Assembly: GCA_965247115.1 (NCBI GenBank)
Contig: CBDFGR010000003.1
Coordinates: 160,001-224,000, forward strand
Reading direction: 5' to 3'
From: Myxococcota bacterium
Lineage (GTDB): Bacteria > Myxococcota_A > UBA9160 > SZUA-336
DNA length: 64,000 nucleotides
Part shown: positions 47,973-58,599 of the stretch, in pieces
Position numbering within the stretch: position 1 is the stretch's first letter
Layout: each line of letters starts with the position of its first letter
Notes under the pieces: model-generated
The model's input: the letters and a program-made list of their open reading frames with translations, nothing else
The model's database searches: none
What the model was told of the DNA's origin: nothing
Program-made: the position numbers and the translations under genes

Positions 47973-49253
47973 CTACTGCAGTCTCTGGTCGGAGGCTGCG
48001 GCCTGCGGCCTCCGATCGGAGGCTGCCGCCTCAGGTTCCCGATCGGAGGCTACCCCTTCAGGTCCCCGCTCGGAGGCTACCGCCTCAGGTCCCCGATCGG
48101 AGGCTAATGCCTCAGGTCCCCGACCGGAGGCTACCGCCTCAGGTCCCCGACCGGAGGCTACCGCCTCAGGTCCCCGACCGGAGGCTACCGCCTCAGGTCC
48201 CCGACCGGAGGCTACCGCCTCAGGTCCCCGACCGGAGGCTACCGCCTCAGGTCCCCGACCGGAGGCTAACGCCTCCTCGGCCGGCGGTGCCGACACGTCC
48301 GACCGTCGCGGCGGCGCGACCTCCGAGCGCTTCGCTGGCACGGCCCCTGACCGTTTCGCCGGTGGCGCAGCCGGCTCGAAGAGGTACTTCAAGAAGGGGG
48401 CATCGGGCGACAGGATGAGCGTGGTCTGGTTGTTGAGCGCCAGTCGGTACGCCTCGAGACTGCGCAGGAACTCGTAGAACTCGCGATCCCTCCCGTAGGC
48501 CTCGGCGTAGATCCGAGTGGCCCCGGCGTCACCGTCGCCCCGCAGCTTGGCGGCGTCGCGCTCGGCTGTCGACACGATGATCAGGCTCTCCTGGTCCGCG
48601 TTCGAACGGATCGCGCGCGCTTGCTCCTCGCCCTCTGCACGGAACTTCAGCGCGAAGCGATTCCGCTCGGTGCGCATGCGCCCGTAGATCTGTGGCAGGT
48701 TTGCCTGCGGGTACACGGTCCGCCGGATACGCAGGTCCTGGATGTCGATGCCCTCTGGCGCGAGTCCCGCGCGACTGATCGCAGCGATCGTGCGGGTGAT
48801 CTCCTCGCGGTCTTCCGACAGCAACTCGGCGAGTGTGTGCTTCGCCAGCGTCTGCTGCACCGAGCTGTACGTGACGGTGTCGATCCTGCGGATGGCCGCG
48901 TCGCGCGTGCGGATCCGCTTGAAGTAGAGCTCCGGATCCGCGATCCGCCAGACCGCGTAGTAGTCGACCTCGATCAGGAGCTTCTCGCTCGTTTGCAGCT
49001 CGAGAGGATCGCCCCGGTCGTAGCGCATACTCCTGCCCTCGTAGCGATAGAGCTGGTGCAGGAAGGGGATCCGGATGTACCAGCCAGGTCGATCGAGCAC
49101 GGGCTGATTCAGATGGAGTCCGAACACGATGGGGTCGGACTCGTTCAGGATCGTGCGAAACGCGACCTCACGCTCGTCGATGATGACGATGCAGTAGGAG
49201 GCGGCAACCCCCAGGAATGCCAGCAGTAACAGGCTGGGCAGTCGCCTTCTCAC
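47973..49253 (-). CDS. hflC: HflC-like SPFH protein with C-terminal 9-aa repeat tail
   Basis: VDYYAVWRIADP, RMRTER, FRAEGEE, EFYEFLRSLEAY. Confidence 0.92.
   Translation of the reverse strand: MRRRLPSLLLLAFLGVAASYCIVIIDEREVAFRTILNESDPIVFGLHLNQPVLDRPGWYIRIPFLHQLYRYEGRSMRYDRGDPLELQTSEKLLIEVDYYAVWRIADPELYFKRIRTRDAAIRRIDTVTYSSVQQTLAKHTLAELLSEDREEITRTIAAISRAGLAPEGIDIQDLRIRRTVYPQANLPQIYGRMRTERNRFALKFRAEGEEQARAIRSNADQESLIIVSTAERDAAKLRGDGDAGATRIYAEAYGRDREFYEFLRSLEAYRLALNNQTTLILSPDAPFLKYLFEPAAPPAKRSGAVPAKRSEVAPPRRSDVSAPPAEEALASGRGPEAVASGRGPEAVASGRGPEAVASGRGPEAVASGRGPEAVASGRGPEALASDRGPEAVASERGPEGVASDREPEAAASDRRPQAAASDQRLQ
47990..48275. repeat. 27-bp tandem repeat (about 10.5 units) within hflC
   Basis: Unit CGGAGGCTACCGCCTCAGGTCCCCGAC; encodes ASGRGPEAV on the minus strand. 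Confidence 0.95.
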
Positions 49254-50182
49254 GGGAGCCCGCGTCGGCCGATCGGGAGGTACGGCAGCACGCGGTCGGT
49301 GTTGCCCTCCTCCATGATCACCTTCTCGATCTGCGGCAGGATCTCCTCGAGGGTCTCGATGTAGAGGCGGCTACGGGTGACCTCGGGAGCCTTCTGGTAC
49401 TCCACGAGCACCGCCTGGAAACGATCGGCCTCGCCCTGGGCGCGCAGCACGCGGCTCTCCTTGTAGCCGCGCGCCTGGTTCACCATCTCCGCAGCAGAGC
49501 CCCGTGCCTCCGGGACTACCTTGTCCGCGTAGCCCTGGGCCTCGAGTACCGTGCGCTCGCGATCCTGCTCAGCACTCGTCACCTCGGCGAAGGCCTCCTT
49601 CACGGCCTCTGGGGGCTGGACGTCCTGCAGCTGCACGCTCTGGATGTGGATGCCCGCGCCGTACTCGTCGAGGATCGTCTGGATCCGCTGGCGCGTCGCA
49701 TCTCCGATCGGACCTCTGGCCTGGGTCAGAACGTCGTCGATCTGGCGCTGACCCACGACCGCGCGGATGGAGGCCTGCGCAACGTCACGCACGAGATCCT
49801 CGACGGGTGGCGTCACGTTGAACAGGTAATCGTACAGGTTCGAGATCCGATACTGCACGACGAACTCGAGGGTCACGAGGTTCTCGTCCCCGGTGATCAT
49901 GCGCGCTTCCTCGGGCTGATCCTCGTACTGAGCGGGGGGCCCCGTAGTGATCGTGCGGTAGCCGAACTCCTCCTCCCTCGTCACGGTGACGCGATGGAGC
50001 TCCAGACGTTCGATCCCTGGCGCGTACCACTGCAGCCCCGAGCCCGAGGTTCGGTCGTAAGCGCCCAGCCGCAGCACCACGGCCTCCTCATCCGGAGCCA
50101 CCTCGTACACACCAACGAACAGATAGGTGCCGATCCCTCCCAGTACGATCAGCAGCGCGGCATAGCGTCCCGCGAGCTTCAA
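49250..50182 (-). CDS. hflK: HflK SPFH protein
   Basis: [41 protein letters not shown]. Confidence 0.95.
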   Translation of the reverse strand: MKLAGRYAALLIVLGGIGTYLFVGVYEVAPDEEAVVLRLGAYDRTSGSGLQWYAPGIERLELHRVTVTREEEFGYRTITTGPPAQYEDQPEEARMITGDENLVTLEFVVQYRISNLYDYLFNVTPPVEDLVRDVAQASIRAVVGQRQIDDVLTQARGPIGDATRQRIQTILDEYGAGIHIQSVQLQDVQPPEAVKEAFAEVTSAEQDRERTVLEAQGYADKVVPEARGSAAEMVNQARGYKESRVLRAQGEADRFQAVLVEYQKAPEVTRSRLYIETLEEILPQIEKVIMEEGNTDRVLPYLPIGRRGLP

Positions 50183-50961
50183 GCGCTACCCGGTTCGACG
50201 CGCGGCGGCAGCCCTTTGCGCGCTTCGAGGATCGGCGAGATGAGGTCGAGCGGGATGGGGAACAGGATGGTCGAGTTCTGCTCGCTCGAGATCTCGGAGA
50301 GGGTCTGCAGATAGCGCAGCTGAAGCGTGTAGGGCGACCGCGCCATGACGTCGGACGCTTCGCGCAGGCGCTCCGAGGCCTGGAACTCTCCCTCCGCGTG
50401 AATCACCTTGGCGCGGCGCTCCCGCTCCGCCTCCGCCTGCGCCGCCATGGCGCGTTGCATCTCCGTGGGCAGATCGATGTGCTTGATCTCGACGGCCCGC
50501 ACCTTGACTCCCCAGGGATCGGTACCGCGGTCGAGCTCCTCCTGGAGCTGGCGGTTGATCGCATCGCGCTCGGAGAGAATCCTGTCGAGCTCGCCCTGGC
50601 CACAGACGCTGCGCAGGGTGGTCTGCGCCAGCTGCGACGTCCCGTAGTGGAAGTTCTCGACCTTGATCAACGCGTCTTCCGGATGGAGCACACGGAAGTA
50701 GACGACGGCGTTCACCTTTACCGACACGTTGTCGCGCGTGATCACGTCCTGGGGCGGCACGTCCATGACGACCTCGCGCAGGCTCACCTTGACCAGCCGA
50801 TCGACGAAGGGGATCACGAGCCGCAGGCCCGCCTCCTTCACGCTCTGGAAACGCCCCAGGCGGAACACGACTCCGCGCTCGTACTCCTGCAGGATCCAGA
50901 CGGATTGGTACAGCAGCACAAGGACGATCAGCAGTCCGACGAACAACGGGATGCCAGCCAT
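50179..50961 (-). CDS. Stomatin/slipin SPFH protein
   Basis: [43 protein letters not shown]. Confidence 0.95.
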   Translation of the reverse strand: MAGIPLFVGLLIVLVLLYQSVWILQEYERGVVFRLGRFQSVKEAGLRLVIPFVDRLVKVSLREVVMDVPPQDVITRDNVSVKVNAVVYFRVLHPEDALIKVENFHYGTSQLAQTTLRSVCGQGELDRILSERDAINRQLQEELDRGTDPWGVKVRAVEIKHIDLPTEMQRAMAAQAEAERERRAKVIHAEGEFQASERLREASDVMARSPYTLQLRYLQTLSEISSEQNSTILFPIPLDLISPILEARKGLPPRVEPGSA

Positions 50962-50963
50962 TT

Positions 50964-52328
50964 TCAGGTCCTCCCCGCGGACTCGGTAGCCTGTCGCACT
51001 CGGACAATCAGGTCGTGCACCTCGACGATCTTGACCCGTTGACCGCGCTCGATCGGCTCCTCCGACTCCGCTTTCCAGAGTTCTCCACGCACGCGAATCC
51101 GACCCTCCTGCCGAATGTCGCTCTCCGCGACCGCCTCCTGCCCCAGGAGCGCCTCGCGCCCCGAGAACTGCGGCCTGCCGAAGCTCCGACCCACACCGTA
51201 GATGACGATCGCCATGAATCCGGACAGCACGACGACCGCGGGAAAGATCACCGACCAGAAAGGCACGGTGAGATCGGAGAGCTCGGGCACGCGGAACAGC
51301 ATATACGCCCCGTAGGCAAAACAGACAATCCCGGCGGCGAAGAGCAGGCCAAAGCTCGTGATGAAGATCTCGGCTACGAGAAGAGCCAGGCCGCTGACCA
51401 TCAGCAATGCACCGATCCAGTTGATCGGAATGATCTGGAAGGCCAGACCGGCGAGGATCAAGCAGACGACGCCGACCAGGCCGGGAATGATCAGCCCCGG
51501 GCTCTGAACCTCGACGTAGAGTCCGGCCAGTCCCGCCATGAAGAGCAGCACGGCAATCGACGGATCGGAGATCAGGGCGAAGAATTTGTCGAGCGGCGCC
51601 ATCTCGAGGGGCACGACTTGTACGTCGCTGGTCGCGAGAACGACCTCTTCGCGGCCGACCTTGATCGCGCGGCCGTCGACCAGCTCGAGCAGTTGATCGA
51701 GATCGTCGGCCACGAGATCGATCACGTTCAGCTCGACCGCCTCCGCCTGGCTGATCGCGACGGAGTTGCGCACCGCGTCGATCGCCCACTCCACGTTCCG
51801 CTCGCGCTCCGCGGCGATCGACTCGATGAAGGCCGCCGTGAAGTTCTCCGCCTTCTCGTTGCGATAGTCGCGGAGGTTCGGCGCTTTTGGATCCTCCTCG
51901 TTCGGCTGTCCGGGGATCGGAGGGCTGGGCGTTGGACCCCCACCCCCCGTGAATACGGGGTGGGCCGCACCGATGCTCGTACCGGGCGACATGGCAGCCA
52001 CATGTGCGGCGAGGGTGATGAAGGTCCCGGCGGAGGCGGCCCAGGCCCCCCGAGGAGACACGTACACGATGATCGGGAGCTGCGCGTTCAGGATGGACGA
52101 GACGATGTCCTTGGTCGAATCGAGCAGGCCGCCCGGTGTGTCGAGCTCGATCACGAGCGCAACCGCGGCCTCCTCCTCACTTTGCGTGATGGCCTTCTCG
52201 ATGTAGGCGGCCACGCCTGGCGTGATGACACCATCCACGGTGATGACGTTCACGGTTCCCGCTCGCGCAGCGGCGCCAAAAGAGAGCAGCAGTCCGACCA
52301 GGAGGGCTGTCAGCGCGCGCCGCCTCAC
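50964..52328 (-). CDS. nfeD: NfeD membrane-bound ClpP-class serine protease
   Basis: [23 protein letters not shown]-terminal OB fold GELWKA. Confidence 0.95.
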   Translation of the reverse strand: MRRRALTALLVGLLLSFGAAARAGTVNVITVDGVITPGVAAYIEKAITQSEEEAAVALVIELDTPGGLLDSTKDIVSSILNAQLPIIVYVSPRGAWAASAGTFITLAAHVAAMSPGTSIGAAHPVFTGGGGPTPSPPIPGQPNEEDPKAPNLRDYRNEKAENFTAAFIESIAAERERNVEWAIDAVRNSVAISQAEAVELNVIDLVADDLDQLLELVDGRAIKVGREEVVLATSDVQVVPLEMAPLDKFFALISDPSIAVLLFMAGLAGLYVEVQSPGLIIPGLVGVVCLILAGLAFQIIPINWIGALLMVSGLALLVAEIFITSFGLLFAAGIVCFAYGAYMLFRVPELSDLTVPFWSVIFPAVVVLSGFMAIVIYGVGRSFGRPQFSGREALLGQEAVAESDIRQEGRIRVRGELWKAESEEPIERGQRVKIVEVHDLIVRVRQATESAGRT

Positions 52329-53512
52329 TTCAGCACCTCTCGCACGCGATCGAGGATGCGCTGGGCAATCTCGCGCTTGGCCGCAAAGGGCACGTGAATC
52401 ACCTCCAGAGGATCGGGGCCGATGATCGACACCTCGTTCTGGTCGACGCCGAACCCGATATCAGAGCGCGAGACGTCATTGGCCACGACGAGATCACAGC
52501 CCTTCCGCTCGAGCTTGCCCCTCGCGTTCTCGATCAGATCTTCGGTCTCCGCCGCAAACGTGACGACGACTCGACCCTCCTTGCGCGAGCCCACCTCCTT
52601 CGACAGGTCCGGATTCTCGACGAGCTCTAGCACCAGCCCGGAGCGGTCCGCGCGCTTGAGCTTTCGTTCGCTCGGACGCTGGACCGAGTAGTCTGCGACC
52701 GCCGCGGCGAGGACGATGACGTCGGCGGGCTCCAGCATGCCGAGCACGGCCTCCCGCATCTCGGCCATGGTCTCGACGTCCACGCGTCTTACGCCGAAGG
52801 GCGTCGGCAAGCTGACAGGACCGGCAACCAGCATGACCTCGGCGCCGCGGCGGGCGGCCTCCTCGGCCACCGCAAAGCCCATGCGGCCCGACGAGCGGTT
52901 GGTGATCACGCGCACCGGATCGATGGGCTCGGCCGTCGGACCCGCACTCACAAGGAAGACCTTGCCGCGCAGATCGCCGCCGCAGAGGAGCTGCTCCATG
53001 GCGCCCTCGATCTCGTCCAGCTCAGCCAGGCGACCTTCGCCCGTCCACCCACAGGCGAGCTCTCCGCTGCCCGGACCGACAATGTGCGCACCACGCTCTG
53101 CGAGCAGATCGAGGTTCGCACGGGTCGCCGCGTGCTCATACATGTTCACGTTCATGGCGGGCGCAACGACCAGGGGCGCTCTTGTGGCAAGGCAAACGGT
53201 CGACAAGAAGTCGTCCGCCAGCCCGTGCGCGAGGCGCGCGATCGTGTTCGCGGTGGCGGGAGCGATGACCACAACCTCTGGCCAATCGGCCAAGTCGATG
53301 TGCGAGATCTCCGACTCCTCGGTGAGCGAGAAGAGATCCGAGCGCACGCGGTTCCCCGAGAGCGCTTGCAGCGTGAGGGCGGAGACGAAGCGCAACGCAT
53401 TGGGCGTAGCGGCAACGCGCACCTCGTGACCCTTGCGCTGCAGGATCCGAACTAGCTCGCAGGCCTTGTACGCCGCGATGCCGCCAGACACGCCGACGAG
53501 CACACGACTCAC
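52325..53512 (-). CDS. coaBC: Bifunctional PPC decarboxylase/PPC ligase
   Basis: GGIAAYKA, APAMNVNMY, GELACG, DPVRVITNRSSGRMG. Confidence 0.97.
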   Translation of the reverse strand: MSRVLVGVSGGIAAYKACELVRILQRKGHEVRVAATPNALRFVSALTLQALSGNRVRSDLFSLTEESEISHIDLADWPEVVVIAPATANTIARLAHGLADDFLSTVCLATRAPLVVAPAMNVNMYEHAATRANLDLLAERGAHIVGPGSGELACGWTGEGRLAELDEIEGAMEQLLCGGDLRGKVFLVSAGPTAEPIDPVRVITNRSSGRMGFAVAEEAARRGAEVMLVAGPVSLPTPFGVRRVDVETMAEMREAVLGMLEPADVIVLAAAVADYSVQRPSERKLKRADRSGLVLELVENPDLSKEVGSRKEGRVVVTFAAETEDLIENARGKLERKGCDLVVANDVSRSDIGFGVDQNEVSIIGPDPLEVIHVPFAAKREIAQRILDRVREVLK

Positions 53513-53589
53513 GGCTCCATCCTCCGAGATTTCACAAAATCCCGTTCAAAACCAAGTATTTCGACCGAAAGTAACTCCGCCCCGGAGTC

Positions 53590-55692
53590 GTGTCAAACCG
53601 ACTCGATCAAGCTGGCGCAGGCACACCCGAAATAGAAACCAGCACCATCGGTGGAACGACGCTGAACATCGAGACGCAGAGCGCTTTCATGGGTGCCGCG
53701 GCGGCGAGTGTGCTCCTGGTCGCCATCCTGCTGCAGCGCCGCGACCGCGTGGCACTTCTCCTGGCCGCGCTGACGCTATCCTACGTCCTCTGGGGACTCG
53801 GTCGCGGAGCTCGGGCGCTTGGCTACGAGTGGGGACCGATGCTGGCCAGCGTCTCCGTGTGCTGGATCGGCCCGCTTGCGCTCGGCTTTGCGGCGCAGCT
53901 CTCCGGCCGTCGGGCGGAGCTGAGGCGCCTCTGGCCCGTCGTGCTCGCCGCCACCCTCGGGCTCACGGGAGCCCTGCTGGCCCGGGCAACACTCGGAAGG
54001 GTCGTCGAGGTGGCCGCCCACAGCTGGGCGCTCGCCGGCCTTGGCGTCGGAGCAGGACTGCTCGTTCGCTTCCCGCACGCGGAGGATCACGACTCGCCGG
54101 ACTTCACCCGCTTGCGCTACCTGGCCATCGCCCAGGTCGGGGTGTTCGCGGGCGCCGTGTTCGATCTGCTGATGTGGGGCTATCGACTGCCGATGGTCGG
54201 CACCCTGCTCCCTCCCCTTTTCTTTCTGTACGCGGGATACCTTCATCTGGCGCGCGTGCGTGTCGCTGACCTGCGTCAGCTCCTGGGTGACACCGTCGCG
54301 TTGACTCTCATGGCGGCAGGCCTGGCCGGCCTCTTTGCCGCGATCCGAATCTGGGTCGGACTCGAGCTCGACCTGTTCATCTTCAACACCTTCGTCGCCT
54401 CTTTTGCGCTACTGCTGTTCTTCCAGCCGGTGCGCGATCGCATTCAGCGAGCGATGGACCGCACGTTCGTTGCCAGCCGTCTGGAGCTCGAGCACGGCCT
54501 GCAGCCGCTGCTGGAGCGCTTTGCTCAGATTGTGACGCTCGACGAGCTGCTTGAAGAGCTGCTCAGCACCGTCGAGCACACGGATCGCTTGCGCGCCTCC
54601 TCCATCTTTCTCTGCGACGATCCCAAGGTGGGCTTTCAGCAAGTAGGTAGCTTCGGCCTACCGCCACGCACCAGAGTCAGCTTGATGCGCGACCCGGTCT
54701 GGATCGAGGCCCTCGAGTCGCGCAACGCTCTGCTCGCGGAGGAGCTGGAGCGGGCTCGCACCTTGTCGACCAACGAGGAGGAGCGACGCCGCCTCGGCGT
54801 ACTCTGCCGGAGCATGCGCGACCTCGACGCGCAGCTCGTCCTGCCGCTGCGCGCGGAGAGTCTCGTTGGCTTCTGGACACTCACAGACGTGCGCCAGGCA
54901 GAGCCCTTCTCCACCGACGAGGTCCGCTTGCTGCGCGATGTGGCCGACCGCGTGGGCGTGACCATCGAGAACTCAAAGACCTTCGAGCGCATCCGTGCCC
55001 GCGACAACCTCGTGAGCCTCGGCGAGATGTCCGCAGGACTCGCCCACGAGATCCGCAATCCCCTCGCCACGATACGCGGCGCCCTTGCGGTCCTCGACGA
55101 CCCTGACGGCGTGCAGGACCCGGACATCCACCACGTGATCGTCGAAGAGATCCACCGGCTGGATCGCGTCGTAGAGACCTTCCTGGACTACGCACGCCCG
55201 GTCACCCGGCGCACTCCCATTGATGATATCGGCGAGTTCGCGCGCCGTTGCGTGGGCTGCGTCGCGCGCCACAACCAGCGCGAAGAGGTGAAGCTCAGCT
55301 TCGCCATCGCTGCAGCTCTGCCGACGGTGGCCGTGGGCGCCGATCAGCTCGAGCGGGTGCTGACGAACGTCGTCCAGAACGCGTACGAGGCAATTGACGG
55401 CGAAGGCGAGATCCGCGTATCTGCGCGAGTCGTGACCGCTGCGGTGCCGCTTGCGGAACACGTCGAGATCGCCATCGCCGACGACGGACGCGGGATGGAT
55501 GAGGCGACCCTGCAGCGCGCCCTGGTCCCCTTCTTTACCACCAAGGACCGAGGCACCGGACTCGGCCTGGCCCTTTGCGAGCGGCTACTGGGCGAGCACG
55601 GGGGCCTGATCGAGCTGCGCTCCAGGCCCTGGGGAGGAACGGTCGTGCTGATCCGCCTCCCGCGCGATCCCGTCGAAGTACGAGACCCATGA
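53590..55692 (+). CDS. Multi-TM, GAF-containing sensor histidine kinase
   Basis: [26 protein letters not shown]; start uncertain (GTG 53590 or CTG 53662). Confidence 0.9.
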   Translation: MSNRLDQAGAGTPEIETSTIGGTTLNIETQSAFMGAAAASVLLVAILLQRRDRVALLLAALTLSYVLWGLGRGARALGYEWGPMLASVSVCWIGPLALGFAAQLSGRRAELRRLWPVVLAATLGLTGALLARATLGRVVEVAAHSWALAGLGVGAGLLVRFPHAEDHDSPDFTRLRYLAIAQVGVFAGAVFDLLMWGYRLPMVGTLLPPLFFLYAGYLHLARVRVADLRQLLGDTVALTLMAAGLAGLFAAIRIWVGLELDLFIFNTFVASFALLLFFQPVRDRIQRAMDRTFVASRLELEHGLQPLLERFAQIVTLDELLEELLSTVEHTDRLRASSIFLCDDPKVGFQQVGSFGLPPRTRVSLMRDPVWIEALESRNALLAEELERARTLSTNEEERRRLGVLCRSMRDLDAQLVLPLRAESLVGFWTLTDVRQAEPFSTDEVRLLRDVADRVGVTIENSKTFERIRARDNLVSLGEMSAGLAHEIRNPLATIRGALAVLDDPDGVQDPDIHHVIVEEIHRLDRVVETFLDYARPVTRRTPIDDIGEFARRCVGCVARHNQREEVKLSFAIAAALPTVAVGADQLERVLTNVVQNAYEAIDGEGEIRVSARVVTAAVPLAEHVEIAIADDGRGMDEATLQRALVPFFTTKDRGTGLGLALCERLLGEHGGLIELRSRPWGGTVVLIRLPRDPVEVRDP

Positions 55693-57101
55693 GCGCCAAG
55701 AGCCATACGAACCCGCTCGAACCCGGTAGCGAACGGCGCTGTTGTGAGGGCCGTGTCCTCGTCGTCGACGACGAGGCAAACATGCGGCGGGTGCTGAGCG
55801 CACTGATTCGGCGCGACGGCTTCGAGACCGTCGAGGCAGCGAACGGCGTCGCCGCGCTGGAGATCCTGGACGAGGCCGAGGTAGATGCGGTTCTCACCGA
55901 CTTGAAGATGCCGCAGATGAACGGCATCGAGCTCCTGGCCGAGGTCCGCCGACGCCGAGTCGGTATCCCGGTGATCATGCTCACCGCGCACGGCACGATC
56001 GGGAGCGCAGTCGAGGCCTTGAAGCGCGGCGCCTTCGACTTCCTGACCAAGCCATTCGAGCCGGACGAGATCCGCCAGGTCATCACGAAGGCCGTCGCAA
56101 CGCGCAAGCTGGAGGAGACCGAGACCTGCATCGAGCCCGACGAGGATCCCGACCGGTTGCTACTCGGCCGCAGCCCCGCCCTCCGTGCCGTCAAGCAGGT
56201 CATCGAGCGTGTCGCCCCCACCGCGGCAACCGTGCTCATCAGTGGGGAGAGCGGTACCGGCAAGGAGCTGGTCGCGCGCAGCCTGCACCAGCACAGCGGC
56301 CGATACGAGCAGCCTTTCGTGAAGGTGAACTGTGCGGCGATTCCAGAGGGTCTGATCGAGAGCGAGCTATTCGGCCACGAGAAGGGCGCCTTCACCGGTG
56401 CCGCCGTGCAAAAGCCGGGACGCTTCGAGCTCGCGGACGGCGGGACCCTGTTCCTCGACGAAATCGGGGAGATGCCGCTACCCGCACAGCCCAAGCTGCT
56501 CCGGGCCATCCAGGAAGGGCGCTTTTACCGCGTGGGCGGGACCGGCACCATCTCGGTCGACGTGCGGATCGTCGCCGCGACTAACCGCGAGCTCGAAGAG
56601 GAGGTCCGCACGGGACGTTTTCGCGAAGACCTCTTCTACCGCCTGAACGTGGTCCCCATCACGCTGCCAACGTTGAGCGAGCGTCGCGAGGACATCCCCT
56701 CGCTCGCCAAATTCTTCCTGCATCGCGTCGCAGAGCGACTCGGGGTTGGCGCACGCGCTCTCTCCGCTGAGGCACTGACGACCCTTACCCGGCACGACTG
56801 GCCTGGCAACATCCGCCAGCTCGAAAACACCATCGAGCGCGCCACCCTCCTGAGTGACGGCCCCAGCATCGAGGTCGGCGACCTCCCCCCCGAGATCGCC
56901 CGCCCCTGCGAAGGCGACACAGACCCCGGCTCGTCCCTCCGCGAGCGCGTCCGCTCCGCTACTCGCCGCATCGAGCGCGAAGCCATCGTAGAAGCCCTCA
57001 CCGCCACCCAGGGTAATGTCACAAGAGCCGCCGAACAGCTAGGCCTCTCCCGCCGCGGCCTCCAACTAAAAATGAAAGAACTCGCCATCCCCCGCGAGTA
57101 A
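55689..57101 (+). CDS. Sigma54-dependent response regulator (NtrC family)
   Basis: Receiver domain, GESGTGKE, GAFTGA, HTH; ATGA overlap with the kinase gene. Confidence 0.93.
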   Translation: MSAKSHTNPLEPGSERRCCEGRVLVVDDEANMRRVLSALIRRDGFETVEAANGVAALEILDEAEVDAVLTDLKMPQMNGIELLAEVRRRRVGIPVIMLTAHGTIGSAVEALKRGAFDFLTKPFEPDEIRQVITKAVATRKLEETETCIEPDEDPDRLLLGRSPALRAVKQVIERVAPTAATVLISGESGTGKELVARSLHQHSGRYEQPFVKVNCAAIPEGLIESELFGHEKGAFTGAAVQKPGRFELADGGTLFLDEIGEMPLPAQPKLLRAIQEGRFYRVGGTGTISVDVRIVAATNRELEEEVRTGRFREDLFYRLNVVPITLPTLSERREDIPSLAKFFLHRVAERLGVGARALSAEALTTLTRHDWPGNIRQLENTIERATLLSDGPSIEVGDLPPEIARPCEGDTDPGSSLRERVRSATRRIEREAIVEALTATQGNVTRAAEQLGLSRRGLQLKMKELAIPRE

Positions 57102-57157
57102 CCCACCAACCCCCAAACACACAACCCTCGCGAGGCCGAGCCCCCTCCGGCACGCCG

Positions 57158-57285
57158 GTCGGAGGGCGGGACGTCTTTCCCGTCCCCCGCGGGACCGTGG
57201 GAGCGATACCCGAGGCAACCCCGACTCCTGTACACGCAAGGAGCGGGGGCCCGCGGGGGACGGGAAAGACGTCCCGCCCTCCGAC
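57158..57285. repeat. Perfect 36-bp inverted repeat (REPIN-like or bidirectional terminator)
   Basis: GTCGGAGGGCGGGACGTCTTTCCCGTCCCCCGCGGG at 57158-57193; reverse complement at 57250-57285; between convergent genes. Confidence 0.9.
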
Positions 57286-57305
57286 TCCCCGCCCCGTAGA
57301 GATCT

Positions 57306-57794
57306 CTACCCCCCCAGCCGCTCCCGCAACCGCTCCAGAATCACCGGCGGCACGAACTCGCTGACGTCCGCCCCAAACCGCAAGAGCTCTCGCAACCGCG
57401 ACGAGCTCACATAGAACCAGCGCTCGCTCGTCATCAAGAACACCGTCTCGAGCTCCGGATACATGTGCGTGTTCATCAAGGCCATCTCGAACTCGTACTC
57501 GAAATCGGAGAGCGCCCGAAGCCCACGGATCACGATCCTGGCGTTGCGGTTCCGCAGGTAGTCGACGAGCAACCCCGTCATCACCTCTACCCGAGCCCTG
57601 GGGCGGCCCGCGCAGGCGTCGCGCACCATCTGAATCTTCTCCTCCGGTGAGAACACTCCGGGCTTCTCGACGTTGATGCCGACCGCCACGATCAGCTCAT
57701 CGACGAGTTTGAGGGACCGATCGATCAGGTCCAGGTGCCCGTTCGTGATCGGATCAAAGCTGGCTGGATAGACACCGATCGTTTTTTCGCTCAT
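57306..57794 (-). CDS. coaD: Phosphopantetheine adenylyltransferase
   Basis: YPASFDPITNGHLD, IRGLRALSDFEYE. Confidence 0.97.
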   Translation of the reverse strand: MSEKTIGVYPASFDPITNGHLDLIDRSLKLVDELIVAVGINVEKPGVFSPEEKIQMVRDACAGRPRARVEVMTGLLVDYLRNRNARIVIRGLRALSDFEYEFEMALMNTHMYPELETVFLMTSERWFYVSSSRLRELLRFGADVSEFVPPVILERLRERLGG

Positions 57795-58356
57795 TCGTCT
57801 GCACTCCCGATCTCTCGTACCAATCGAACACCGTTTCCCCGTAGCGACGGGACTCCCGGAGTCTCAGCCGCGAACTCGGCTCGGCAGCCGTGTCCCGCTT
57901 CGAGCGCTCAGCGATGAACACCCCCGCCGGTTCCAGCAGCTCCGCGAGCCGCTCGTCGCTGACGAGCTTCTCGAGCCAATCTCCTCGATAGGGAGGGTCT
58001 GCAATGATGAGGTCGAAGCGCACCGAGTGGACACGGAACGCTCGCAACGCGCGGGACACGTCAGTGGCCGAGATCTCGGTAAAGCTCCGCAATTCCAGAT
58101 CCTCCAGGTTCCTTCTCAGCACTTTGAGAGCCGGTCTTGCCCGCTCGACGAACACGCATCCGCTCGCGCCCCGCGACAGGGCCTCGATTCCCGATGATCC
58201 GCCTCCTGCGAAAAGATCGAGGACGCGCGCTCCGCGAACCCTGGGACCGAGCCAATCGAAGAGGCCAGCCCGCGCTCGCGCCATCGTCGGACGCGTATCC
58301 GTGCCTGACACAGAGAGGAGCTTCCGACCTCGCAGGCGACCTGCAACAATACGCAT
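57754..58356 (-). CDS. rsmD: 16S rRNA m2G966 methyltransferase
   Basis: MRIVAGRLRGRKL..TRPT, LDLFAG, EALSRGA, DPPY. Confidence 0.95.
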   Translation of the reverse strand: MRIVAGRLRGRKLLSVSGTDTRPTMARARAGLFDWLGPRVRGARVLDLFAGGGSSGIEALSRGASGCVFVERARPALKVLRRNLEDLELRSFTEISATDVSRALRAFRVHSVRFDLIIADPPYRGDWLEKLVSDERLAELLEPAGVFIAERSKRDTAAEPSSRLRLRESRRYGETVFDWYERSGVQTNERKNDRCLSSQL

Positions 58357-58599
58357 AGCTCCCCTCAACCGCTGCGAGGGCGGTCGCGTCGGACGCTACC
58401 AGCCGGCAGGAGCGCCGGTCAAGCGAGCGCTCCCATGTGAAACGTGGAACGTGGACAATGTGGGAACTACGTCTGCTATCGTCTTGAACCGGCAGGAAGC
58501 TTCGCTAGCATGCCCGCCGCGAGACGACAAAGTGTGGTGTAAGGACGCGCTAGCCGCAGACTCGACACTGGCGGCTGTTGAAAGGGAGAAGGAGTCGGC

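Noticed and set aside
47990..48275. CRISPR-like array
   Set aside because: Units are contiguous with no unique spacers, lie in frame in hflC, and no cas genes are present
58430..58452. parS site
   Set aside because: Only half-sites; the 16-bp palindrome TGTTTCACGTGAAACA is not matched
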